DNA of 64,000 nt, taken from the IMG/VR virus record IMGVR_UViG_3300028840_007457. One strand, written 5' to 3'. The translations under genes and the position numbers were made by a program. Shown piece by piece: positions 48,471 to 57,440 of the stretch (positions are counted from its first letter, which is position 1; every line of letters starts with the position of its first letter). This stretch comes from an uncultured virus (IMG/VR IMGVR_UViG_3300028840_007457). Taxonomy: Duplodnaviria > Heunggongvirae > Uroviricota > Caudoviricetes. The notes under the pieces were generated by a model that saw only the letters and a program-made list of their open reading frames with translations, had not been told where the DNA came from and did not search any database.

Positions 48471-51400
48471 GTGTTTAACCGCTACGCTAAAAAAGACTGG
48501 GAACGCTTCAATTTAAAAAGAGAAGCTGAAGAGCTGAACCGTAAGTACTTTAATGGTGAACTCAGTTTAAGTTTCCATTTCAAGTACGGTCGGTTCTACC
48601 GCCAGTACGGTTTAGTAAAAGGAAGACGTAATCGTAACACTGGAGAAACCAAAGTTACGAGCCTGGAAATTAGCAACCGTTACGATTTAGACAGAGAGAC
48701 ATTTCTTGGCATTTTAGGGCATGAATTAATACACGTTAAGTTCATGCAAAGTGGAGAAGATAGGTGGGAACGAGATCAACATGGTGCCCACTTCCGTTCT
48801 GAAGTAAAAAGACTTCGCGGTCTTGGTTTAGATGTACCCCTTAGTGAAGACATTGGCAAACAAACCATGGATGCGGGTAAACCATTAAATAAAGCAGTAA
48901 ATGTCATTATTAAAGATGGTACTTGGATTTTAGTTTGTCGCTCTTATGGTGCTCAAGAAGATTTAGACCGTTTTAACGGTCGCATGGAATATACTTCATT
49001 TAGTAGAAAAACTCCTATTAAATTAGAATACTTTATTACTACCAATCCTATTGTACGCAGTGTACCAATTGCTAGAAATTTAAAAACCAGTAAGGGTCGC
49101 ATGTACAAACTAGAGCCAGAGTGGTACTCTAGTTTACTTCCGGACAAAACCGGAGAACGGGTTTTTGAGCCCTCAGATTACAAAAGGTTGGGCAACATGA
49201 AAATTAGGAAAAGTGACTATGAGCCTACTTACACCGTAACTGTTACTTATACCCAATGGTCTGAAGACAAATACAGAGTTGAGCAAGAGGGGCAAAAAGA
49301 CAAGCAGACTTTTTCCTCTTTTCCAGCTGCTGTTGACTTTGCCATAGCTTCCATGCCTCTAGTCACTGAGCCTAACGTCGGTTGGAGTAAGCCATATGAA
49401 ACTCAAGTTGTTGACGATTCTTTAGTATTATTTGATAGCAGCTCTTCTAAAATGTTTATTACCACTGCACTTATTGAACGTAGTGATGGAGAATTTTTAA
49501 GTGAGGAAGAACTCTCCCACTTTGACTCTGCTGTCTACGACGCTGCTAGAGAAAGCGGAGTTAAGACTGATATTGTTCCTATTAAACCAAGAGACGAAAT
49601 GACTAAGGAATTGGTAAAACGTTTCCAAGAAATAGAATATCCAACTGTTAAGTTTCAGCAAGTTGATTCAAACAAAATTGCTGTCAACGTAGGAACGGCT
49701 GTAGAAGGGTATCTTCTTAATGATGGTACAGGTTGGTTTTGGGATCCCAAAGATAGTAGCCTACGCAATGATAAACTAGAAAACGAAAGATATTCTGAAC
49801 TAGATTTATTTAAAAATTGGGTAACCATCTTCCTCGAAGACACAATGAGTGTGGGGTCTAAAAACCCACTCTTGACAAAGGGTAAATCAATGAGATACCG
49901 TAAACGCCAAGCTAACCTGGAAGAAATTAGAACCACAGCTGATCAAATTGCAGCTGATCTCAACGATTTTGATTTTAGAGGTGTTAGTCACCTCAGTGGT
50001 CCTCAACCTGTAAGGGCTTATTTTGACGGTCCTCAGTACGGTACTTACCGTGTAGATTTTGCCTGGGATGACGGACGAGATCCCATCCCCCTTTTGAAAC
50101 GCATTTTCAGCCAATTTCCTGGTAAAGTGACCACTCGTGGCGACTACGCTGTTTTTCTTCAAGGGCCTACTGTCAGTGTTTGGGCTGAAGACGCTCTTAG
50201 TCATGAAAAGAACGCACCGTGGAGTACGTCGCGTCTTCCAGACCATGGTTCCTGGCACATTAGTGTAATGGATAACGACCGTGCTAGAAGGCTTTTTCCG
50301 GGAGTTTTTGCTGCAACGGCTAAAACTAGAAAACGTACAGCTAGGGGTGATCTAGAACAATTTAAGTCCATGTTAAAAGGGGTTTCAGTGGTAGACGGAG
50401 AAGGTTATCTTGATCCCGATTCTGAAACTGTCAACGTAGCCATTGTTCACGATGGTAGCGGATTTAATCCCGCTGCAGCTGTAGTAGTGGACAGTTATGA
50501 AAGTGCTGAAAGTTGTATTCAGCAAGCTTTTGAAACTTTAGAAATGTGGAATTTTGAGCATTATAGAGAACACTATGATGAATTGGTAGAAGAGCATGGA
50601 GAAGAAGCAGGTAGCGAAATGTTTACCGAAACTTATAATGGCAATGCTTGGGATAATCTTCCCACTTTTGAGGTAGCTGAAGCTATAGCATCAGACACCT
50701 TTGCCAGTAAACGCATTGATATTGATCCCGAGTTTGGCCTAAAATCTAAACCTCTCTACAAATTGCCTCCCACCACAGGTAAGACTAGAATTAAACAGGC
50801 TGATTACTACTATGACTTAGCCGAGAAGATTTTAAACCACTACAATACAGAGTACAAACGTGGCTGGGCTTATTTTTTAGAAGCCATGGACGACGTTGTT
50901 TACGGAGAAGCATTTAACAACCGTCTTCCTCGTGGTTTTGATATGATCATTGGTGTTGATTTAAAACGTAATCCAGGACCAGAGTTGGAACAATTTATTT
51001 GGAACGTTAAACCGCGTATTATTGGTCGTGGAGACAAACACGAAACTACCGCTATTTTAACTGGGGAACTGAGAAAATTAGTGAAACAGTTTGAAGAAGG
51101 TAGGTTTGCTTCGGTGAGAAAAAGAAAAGCAGCTCCTTACCTTCGTCATGTTTTAAATGATCAGGATGTAGCTAGAGTTAAAGAAGACATACACCTCTAT
51201 AAATCTTATGGAAGAGATATTGCTGGTATTGAAGTTGGAAAACAATTTTACTATGATGGTGATATTTGGCAGTATTATGATGCCGATGCTGAAAGTGGTG
51301 CTCCTGAAGGTATTTTACTTGTTCTTTTTAATCCAGAAACCAATGAGATAGTGCAAGGTGTGCGTTTAGACGAGGTGGAACCTGTTGAGCACAGTTACAG

Positions 51401-51509
51401 CGCTTCAAATCGTAAAGCTCGTTTAAATCGCTACGAAACTAAAACAATTCCCCCTGCAAAACTGAAAATTCCCGGCGTAGGCGTTTTTGCTCGTCGCCGT
51501 AGAAGCTAA
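48471..51509 (+). CDS. modular protein: N-terminal SprT-like zinc metalloprotease plus several Arg-linker-separated modules
   Basis: ELNRKYFNGEL, ILGHELIHV, HGAHF; linkers MKIRKS, MRYRKRQA, TRKRTA, RIKQA, SVRKRKAA. GTG 48471 preferred over TTG 48417. Confidence 0.75.
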   Translation: MFNRYAKKDWERFNLKREAEELNRKYFNGELSLSFHFKYGRFYRQYGLVKGRRNRNTGETKVTSLEISNRYDLDRETFLGILGHELIHVKFMQSGEDRWERDQHGAHFRSEVKRLRGLGLDVPLSEDIGKQTMDAGKPLNKAVNVIIKDGTWILVCRSYGAQEDLDRFNGRMEYTSFSRKTPIKLEYFITTNPIVRSVPIARNLKTSKGRMYKLEPEWYSSLLPDKTGERVFEPSDYKRLGNMKIRKSDYEPTYTVTVTYTQWSEDKYRVEQEGQKDKQTFSSFPAAVDFAIASMPLVTEPNVGWSKPYETQVVDDSLVLFDSSSSKMFITTALIERSDGEFLSEEELSHFDSAVYDAARESGVKTDIVPIKPRDEMTKELVKRFQEIEYPTVKFQQVDSNKIAVNVGTAVEGYLLNDGTGWFWDPKDSSLRNDKLENERYSELDLFKNWVTIFLEDTMSVGSKNPLLTKGKSMRYRKRQANLEEIRTTADQIAADLNDFDFRGVSHLSGPQPVRAYFDGPQYGTYRVDFAWDDGRDPIPLLKRIFSQFPGKVTTRGDYAVFLQGPTVSVWAEDALSHEKNAPWSTSRLPDHGSWHISVMDNDRARRLFPGVFAATAKTRKRTARGDLEQFKSMLKGVSVVDGEGYLDPDSETVNVAIVHDGSGFNPAAAVVVDSYESAESCIQQAFETLEMWNFEHYREHYDELVEEHGEEAGSEMFTETYNGNAWDNLPTFEVAEAIASDTFASKRIDIDPEFGLKSKPLYKLPPTTGKTRIKQADYYYDLAEKILNHYNTEYKRGWAYFLEAMDDVVYGEAFNNRLPRGFDMIIGVDLKRNPGPELEQFIWNVKPRIIGRGDKHETTAILTGELRKLVKQFEEGRFASVRKRKAAPYLRHVLNDQDVARVKEDIHLYKSYGRDIAGIEVGKQFYYDGDIWQYYDADAESGAPEGILLVLFNPETNEIVQGVRLDEVEPVEHSYSASNRKARLNRYETKTIPPAKLKIPGVGVFARRRRS

Positions 51510-51539
51510 GAAACAAAAGTCAGAAAGGACTTCAATATC

Positions 51540-53144
51540 ATGGCACGAAAAACCAAAACCACTTTGAGAAAAGCAGCTGATAGCACCCAACCTGGTAGCG
51601 TAAGTAGCAAATTGGAACGCCGCATGGGGCCAGATTTGACTTCACTATTCAACGCTGCTGGTACTAAGTTGTACAGCAATAGTGTGCTCACCATTAAAGA
51701 CGGTCTAAAAGAGATTTTCCAAACCGCTATTGACGATCTCACTGAAGAAATTGGTGACGAGTTAGGAAGAAGAGGTAAGGAAGAGGCAGCCAAACACTTT
51801 GGTGAGTTCATTAAAGAGGTTGTTCAGTCTGTCATGAAAGAGGGTATGGGAGAAATAAGTGATTCTTTAGAAGATTTAGCTAGCAGTGCTGCTGCTGAAT
51901 TTATTCAAAGCACAGAAGAAGATTCTTCTGAAAGTGATGACGAACTCTTTGGTGTAGAAGAAGTGGAAGAGGTAGAAGAGGAGCCGGTAGCTGAACCAGA
52001 GGAGGAAGCACCTGCTGAAGGTGAGGAAGCTGCTCCTGCTGAAGGTGAGGGGGAAGTTGGTTTTGAAGACCTTATGGGAGAAGGGGAAGCAGGATTTAAA
52101 AAGGGTCCTCGTCGCTGGAAAAGCAAAAAACCAGTAAGGCTTAAGAAGGGTGAAGTGGCTAAAGAAGCCGAATTGGAAATTAAAGATCTGGTTAAAGTCA
52201 CAGGTGGTGTGAGCAAGCTGAGGAGAAAAGGTATTAAAACAGCTCAGGCTGCTTTCCGTTACATGCAAAAAGCTCAAGTAGTTTTGGCTAAGAAACTGAC
52301 CAAAGACTACGCTGTGGTTCAAGAAGTTTCTGCTGCTGATTTGGAAAAGTGGGCTAAACGATATTTTCCAGTTGCCAAAAAAGAAAGGAAAGGTACCCGT
52401 CGCCCTTTTGACCGAAAACGAAAAGCTGGTGATTTAGGTTCTGATTATTTTATTCCTGTCACTTCTACTCAATTAGATCCCGAAGTTATTTTGTGGTTCC
52501 ATAGTGGACAGAGCGATCCAGTTTATGCTCTTGGTTCTAGATTAGTATCGCACCGGCCACAAGATCTTGGACGAACTAAAGCTTCTATTGACGAATTGAA
52601 TGCTTTAGAATCGACTTTGGAAAGATGGTTAGTAAGGTACACACAAGGGTTAGAAGACGATACATCCGATGAAGAATTAAATCGTATCGAAAAACTGCTC
52701 CGCAATACTAAAGCCATTATAGCGCAGCATGGTCGATATAAACCGAAACCTAGTTCCTTGCGTGGTAAAGAACAAGATGCTGCTTTTAAAGAATTCTTTG
52801 ATGCTTACGTAGAAGGTTTGTTATTTGTTAGTACTGCTTATGGCGATGATGAAGGTGTTCCAATGGATTCTGTTTTCGGTTCCAATGATATTGATAATGA
52901 TTGTTATAGCCAGATGGAAGAAAACTGCGCCGAATTTTGGATTCATTTTGGTGATGCAATTATGGAAGCCGGAAGTCCTGCTGATGCAGGTCACGATTTT
53001 GCTATGACCGCCCAAGGTACGGGAGCTGGCTTCATGGATGGTGATTGGCCAGATCCATTAGACCGACAAATGTACGAAGCTAGTGAGGCTTTTGAAATGG
53101 ATCTTTATGGACACTCTTCTGGTGAAGGGGGTGTAGCTTGTTAA
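51540..53144 (+). CDS. modular acidic protein with basic linkers
   Basis: MARKTKTTLRKAA leader; DRKRKAG linker; C-domain AGHDFAMTAQGTGAGFMDGDW. Confidence 0.75.
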   Translation: MARKTKTTLRKAADSTQPGSVSSKLERRMGPDLTSLFNAAGTKLYSNSVLTIKDGLKEIFQTAIDDLTEEIGDELGRRGKEEAAKHFGEFIKEVVQSVMKEGMGEISDSLEDLASSAAAEFIQSTEEDSSESDDELFGVEEVEEVEEEPVAEPEEEAPAEGEEAAPAEGEGEVGFEDLMGEGEAGFKKGPRRWKSKKPVRLKKGEVAKEAELEIKDLVKVTGGVSKLRRKGIKTAQAAFRYMQKAQVVLAKKLTKDYAVVQEVSAADLEKWAKRYFPVAKKERKGTRRPFDRKRKAGDLGSDYFIPVTSTQLDPEVILWFHSGQSDPVYALGSRLVSHRPQDLGRTKASIDELNALESTLERWLVRYTQGLEDDTSDEELNRIEKLLRNTKAIIAQHGRYKPKPSSLRGKEQDAAFKEFFDAYVEGLLFVSTAYGDDEGVPMDSVFGSNDIDNDCYSQMEENCAEFWIHFGDAIMEAGSPADAGHDFAMTAQGTGAGFMDGDWPDPLDRQMYEASEAFEMDLYGHSSGEGGVAC

Positions 53145-53185
53145 AGCGAAACAACGTAATATTAGCTGAGAGAAAAGGAACTGTC

Positions 53186-53404
53186 ATGCTAAGACGACAT
53201 AGACGTAGAAGACGATTAGCTGCTGTTTCTCCCTTTGAAGCTAGTGCACAACTTCGTTACCTGTTTGATGAATTTTTAGATGAAGCTGGTGACTGGTCTG
53301 AACCTCAAGCCACACAGCTAACTGAAGCCAGTGAAGCCTTTGGTGAGGTTTGGATGGACGCTGATGAAGACGGTAACGGTTCTGTTTGGTGTTCTCAGGG
53401 ATAA
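53186..53404 (+). CDS. Arg-leader small acidic protein
   Basis: SD AAAGGA; MLRRHRRRRRLAA. Confidence 0.75.
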   Translation: MLRRHRRRRRLAAVSPFEASAQLRYLFDEFLDEAGDWSEPQATQLTEASEAFGEVWMDADEDGNGSVWCSQG

Positions 53405-53418
53405 AAGGAGGTAAAATC

Positions 53419-53742
53419 ATGTTAAGGCGAAGATTACACAAAAATACCTGTTTTAGAGGAGCAGCATCGGATGTTATTTTGAAAGCTTCTCCTACTCTTT
53501 TAGAAGTGTTCACTGAATTTACAGATCATCATGTGGATCTTAGTCATACCCAACTAGATGATTTTTTTTACAGACTTGATATGGAAGAATTGTTTCAAAT
53601 TGTAGAAGAACTGACTCTTTCTGGTATTCCTGTCATTTGGCCAGAAAAACGGTCTGCCAAATCTCCTCTACGCAATATTTTAGTTTCAATGCTTACCACT
53701 AATCTATATAATACAACCTATTGGAATCGTTATTACAAATAA
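53419..53742 (+). CDS. Arg-leader small protein
   Basis: SD AAGGAGG; MLRRRLHK. Confidence 0.75.
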   Translation: MLRRRLHKNTCFRGAASDVILKASPTLLEVFTEFTDHHVDLSHTQLDDFFYRLDMEELFQIVEELTLSGIPVIWPEKRSAKSPLRNILVSMLTTNLYNTTYWNRYYK

Positions 53743-53758
53743 CAAAGGAGACAGTGCC

Positions 53759-54112
53759 ATGTTAAGACGAAGACGACGCAGAATGGCTGCTGAATATACA
53801 TATGTTTACACTTATTTAGAAGTATTTACCTCGAAAGATAAATCTAAACCTTACGTATTTGAAATAGTAGCGATAAACTCAAGACAACTACAAGAAGCAA
53901 TTGACGATGCTATTGGCATAGCGGCAATTTTTAGTCATACAGATTTAGGCGATGAAGAAAACTTTAAGGTTAAGTGGTCTGGAGAACAACCAATAACGGA
54001 TTTAAAACAACTACTACGTGATGTTGGAAGCAGAGAAGGGTTAATCCTTTCACAAAAAGAAATAGAAGACGAACTTGATAGTAAAGGTTGGGCGTACTTA
54101 GATATGCCATAA
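53759..54112 (+). CDS. Arg-leader small acidic protein
   Basis: SD AAAGGAG; MLRRRRRRMAA. Confidence 0.8.
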   Translation: MLRRRRRRMAAEYTYVYTYLEVFTSKDKSKPYVFEIVAINSRQLQEAIDDAIGIAAIFSHTDLGDEENFKVKWSGEQPITDLKQLLRDVGSREGLILSQKEIEDELDSKGWAYLDMP

Positions 54113-54139
54113 GAACCGACTTTTTAGGAGAATTTAGCA

Positions 54140-54409
54140 ATGCTAAAACGAAGACGCCGTAGAGTAGCAGCTACAAAAGCTCGTTTATCTGAAGGAACAA
54201 CCTTTTGGGTTAAAGAAGATGAATTGGAAGACCCTTACAGTGTTGCAAGAGAGCTTCAAAGTGTGATCTGGTTTGATGAAAATTATTTTGGTGAAAATCA
54301 AGGCTACGGCTTAGAGGCAGAACCAACAGGTAGGAAAAACGATCTTCTTTATCACGGTAATTTAGTAACCATAACCGAGTATCGTTTGGTGGGTGTTTAC
54401 GGAGACTAA
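54140..54409 (+). CDS. Arg-leader small acidic protein
   Basis: SD AGGAG; MLKRRRRRVAA. Confidence 0.8.
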   Translation: MLKRRRRRVAATKARLSEGTTFWVKEDELEDPYSVARELQSVIWFDENYFGENQGYGLEAEPTGRKNDLLYHGNLVTITEYRLVGVYGD

Positions 54410-54411
54410 AA

Positions 54412-56241
54412 ATGCCGTGGGGTGATTTCAACTTTATTTCTCGTCCACATGTTAAAGTAGAACCACCTACTACCTACGAAACCAAAGCCTTGTTAGACAG
54501 CATTGACGATTTACTCGCCATTCAGTGTAGCCCCGGTACTTGGAACGTCAACCCCTACATGCATGGGCTGGCGAACGGGATGCATCTCATACGCTCTATA
54601 ATTAGTGGAGAAGAACCTGATTTTCTCTCTGCTCCAGACCGTTGGTTAGATGAACAGTATAATCGTCTTTCTGGTGGTGAACGCGGTGTTTTTGGTAGCG
54701 CTTTTGTAAGTTGCGTTGAAGAAGCCAGAAATAAACTAACTAAGAAATTAAAAGAAGACTACCCTCACGAAGACTATTACCTTATCAGTGAAGAGTTACC
54801 TCTAGACGAGTTAATTCCTACCGTCATGCTGAGGTACGGACCACAAGACAAAAAAGGTTTTTCCATGGACGACGATGTTATTTCCGTTTACTGGGATGAC
54901 GAAGCCTCCAGTTGGGTGGCACAATTAGAGGGTGACGTACCTCACCCTTTCCCAGCTGATCCCTACGACAACGAAGAACTAGTTAAAGAAAGCGCTTTAG
55001 CAGCCATGAAGGTAAGAAGACCTAACAGAGTAACAGACATCACCAGAGCACTCATTACTGGTAGACCACCTAAAATGCCAGTTACCAGTCAACGAAAAGG
55101 AAACAAAATCATGGGACGCAAACGTAGAACTACAGTTGGTAAATTACACAAGGAACGTCGTGCAGACAGAGTAGCTCCTCTTGAATTTGAAGTAGGCGCT
55201 GTTTGCCTCTTTGATTTTCTGCGAATGGAACCAACTCAATTTGGGGTAACTAAAAACTTTCCTATAGATATGCTCCACGTAGCTGGTAAATGGATCGCCA
55301 ATACTGATTATGGTAACGACCCAACAGGAGATATTCAAAAAACTATTCCAAGACTAAACGACCTTGAAGCCGCAGAGTTATATACTATGTGTAGTAGTCG
55401 TAGTGAGTATGTTGTCAGGGAAAGTAAAGTTAGAACAGCAGCACTTAAACCAGCTGATAAAAGAGTGGTAAACGATTTTGTTGAAGGTGTTCCTAACGAC
55501 GGTGGTAGAGTCGGAACCTTATGGACAGACGGCGAAAAACTAGAAAGTATGGGTTTGGGTGGTACAGTAATTGCTGTTAAAAAAGGTGACAATATTTATG
55601 CCATAGACGGTTATAGTAGTCGTAGAGAAGAAAGCATAGTTAGGTATCTGAAAAAAATAACCCCACGTAGAAGATTTTACCAGGAGTTACCATACGGTTA
55701 CCCAGTGGTTAAAGACACAATTAGAACTTCTAGTTTAAGACGACGTAGAAAAGCCGCTTTTGACCCTTCACAAATAGAAGTAACAGAAGACGAATATGGT
55801 ACGCTTTACATCCTTCCCGGTGTTAATTTAACAGGTAACATAGAAAAAGATGTTGCTACAATGATGCAGGATGAAGAATTAGAATCTTGGTTGTATGGTG
55901 AACTAGGATCAGATGAATCCATTACCGATGTAAAAGGCGACGTAGTATACGGGGGAAGTGATGTTCAAGATTTCATAAGGTCTTACTTTCCTCACAGACC
56001 ATCTATTGCTCGTAGTAGTAAACGACGTAGAAAATCTGATTTAACTTACAAACCTTCACGAAGCTACCTAGATGCTAGAGAGGATGCTAGTTTACATATT
56101 ATGACCATTATGAAAAACTTGGTTAAAGAAGGTGTTAATTCTGGGGACATTGAAAATCCCGGACCCAATTTTATTTTTGAATTAACAGATAAAATTTGGG
56201 AATTAGTAAATAGTGTAGATGTGTACAAACGCGGACTGTAA
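54412..56241 (+). CDS. modular protein with Arg-rich linkers
   Basis: Linkers MGRKRR..ERRAD, KVRTAA, SLRRRRKAA, SKRRRKSD. Confidence 0.75.
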   Translation: MPWGDFNFISRPHVKVEPPTTYETKALLDSIDDLLAIQCSPGTWNVNPYMHGLANGMHLIRSIISGEEPDFLSAPDRWLDEQYNRLSGGERGVFGSAFVSCVEEARNKLTKKLKEDYPHEDYYLISEELPLDELIPTVMLRYGPQDKKGFSMDDDVISVYWDDEASSWVAQLEGDVPHPFPADPYDNEELVKESALAAMKVRRPNRVTDITRALITGRPPKMPVTSQRKGNKIMGRKRRTTVGKLHKERRADRVAPLEFEVGAVCLFDFLRMEPTQFGVTKNFPIDMLHVAGKWIANTDYGNDPTGDIQKTIPRLNDLEAAELYTMCSSRSEYVVRESKVRTAALKPADKRVVNDFVEGVPNDGGRVGTLWTDGEKLESMGLGGTVIAVKKGDNIYAIDGYSSRREESIVRYLKKITPRRRFYQELPYGYPVVKDTIRTSSLRRRRKAAFDPSQIEVTEDEYGTLYILPGVNLTGNIEKDVATMMQDEELESWLYGELGSDESITDVKGDVVYGGSDVQDFIRSYFPHRPSIARSSKRRRKSDLTYKPSRSYLDAREDASLHIMTIMKNLVKEGVNSGDIENPGPNFIFELTDKIWELVNSVDVYKRGL

Positions 56242-56275
56242 GAAAACAACCTCTTTAAGAGAGAGAGACTTAAAA

Positions 56276-56557
56276 ATGTTAAGAAGAAGCAGAAGACGAC
56301 ATTTAGCCCTCAGTGATAGAGAATTCGCCTTTCGTCACATTAGACAACTTGCCAAACTCATTGAAAGAGACGCAAAAGACATTGCAGAGTTTGTATACCA
56401 GGCTCGACTTAGACCAGATCTTTTAACAGATAATGAAGCCGAGACCTTAGAAGAGTGGTTGGAAGATGCTGCTGCAAAATTAAAAACTGCTATTAACGAA
56501 CAACGGTTTAGACAACGGGGTGGTTCGGTTAGACGACGCAGACGTTTTAGAAGGTAA
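56276..56557 (+). CDS. Arg-leader small protein
   Basis: MLRRSRRRHLA; ends SVRRRRRFRR. Confidence 0.7.
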   Translation: MLRRSRRRHLALSDREFAFRHIRQLAKLIERDAKDIAEFVYQARLRPDLLTDNEAETLEEWLEDAAAKLKTAINEQRFRQRGGSVRRRRRFRR

Positions 56558-56562
56558 AACAC

Positions 56563-57123
56563 GTGCTCCTTCACTTCACCACAAAAGACTTCAGAAAGCT
56601 GTTTCCCACTCTCTTAAGGTTGTGGCCTGAAACAGGTACCAAGTGGTCTAGAAAAAATGCTGCTGCTCTCCTCTCTTTAATTAAGGAGAAAGGCAAAGAG
56701 AAAACAGCAGCTGCTGACAGTTCCACAATTGTGGTTTCCACCTCCATAAGTAAAGAACAGCTTTTAGAGCATGGTAGAAGGGTAGTAGCTATCTCATATT
56801 CAACACCGTTCCGGTTCCGGAGGCTCGACGCTCCCGCAAAAACTTTAAATAGTAAAGCGATTAAAGTTCGCCCTGGTAGTGATTTGTCTATTGCTATTGA
56901 GGGAAACCCCACCACAGCTAGAATAGAAACTATTAGACGGATAAGGTTTAGAGGAAAACCAAATTATGTCAAGGCTGGTTTAATAATTAACACTGAAAAT
57001 ATTCCTTTTTACCTGCAACGGGAAACTAAGTGTGATTGTCGCTATTGTGGAAATCCAGCGCCTCGGGATTCAGAAATCACCAGTTGTCCTAGCTGTGGAG
57101 CTGTCCTCCCTAGCTGCGTTTAA
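56563..57123 (+). CDS. hypothetical protein with C-terminal double zinc ribbon
   Basis: CRYCG...CPSCGA. Confidence 0.65.
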   Translation: MLLHFTTKDFRKLFPTLLRLWPETGTKWSRKNAAALLSLIKEKGKEKTAAADSSTIVVSTSISKEQLLEHGRRVVAISYSTPFRFRRLDAPAKTLNSKAIKVRPGSDLSIAIEGNPTTARIETIRRIRFRGKPNYVKAGLIINTENIPFYLQRETKCDCRYCGNPAPRDSEITSCPSCGAVLPSCV

Positions 57124-57128
57124 TTAAA

Positions 57129-57425
57129 ATGGAAAGCAAAACATTCCTAAATATTAAAGACCACTTTTTCGAGCGTTTGCAAGAAGAGAACGCCAGTGGT
57201 CTAGATGAAGTTGAAGGCAGACTACTTTTCCACGACGTCGTTTTCCATTTTTGGTGGGCTGATAATCAGCTCACCTTAGAACTGGCAGTTTTACCTGCCA
57301 CTTTTAGTGGTGATGAAGAAAGAGCTTGGGACCTTGTCGAAGATTTCATTAAAAGTAACGGCGGTCAAACCCACAACACCAAAGACACAACCAAAACTGA
57401 TTTATCAATTGCCCAAAAAAGTTAA
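57129..57425 (+). CDS. hypothetical protein
   Basis: 98-aa ORF in operon. Confidence 0.6.
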   Translation: MESKTFLNIKDHFFERLQEENASGLDEVEGRLLFHDVVFHFWWADNQLTLELAVLPATFSGDEERAWDLVEDFIKSNGGQTHNTKDTTKTDLSIAQKS

Positions 57426-57440
57426 AACAAAACCTTCATC

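Noticed and set aside
53186..56557. Arg-rich leaders as Tat signal peptides or nuclear localisation signals
   Set aside because: No hydrophobic h-region follows the arginines. SD sites, DnaX and a peptidoglycan hydrolase point to a bacterial host.
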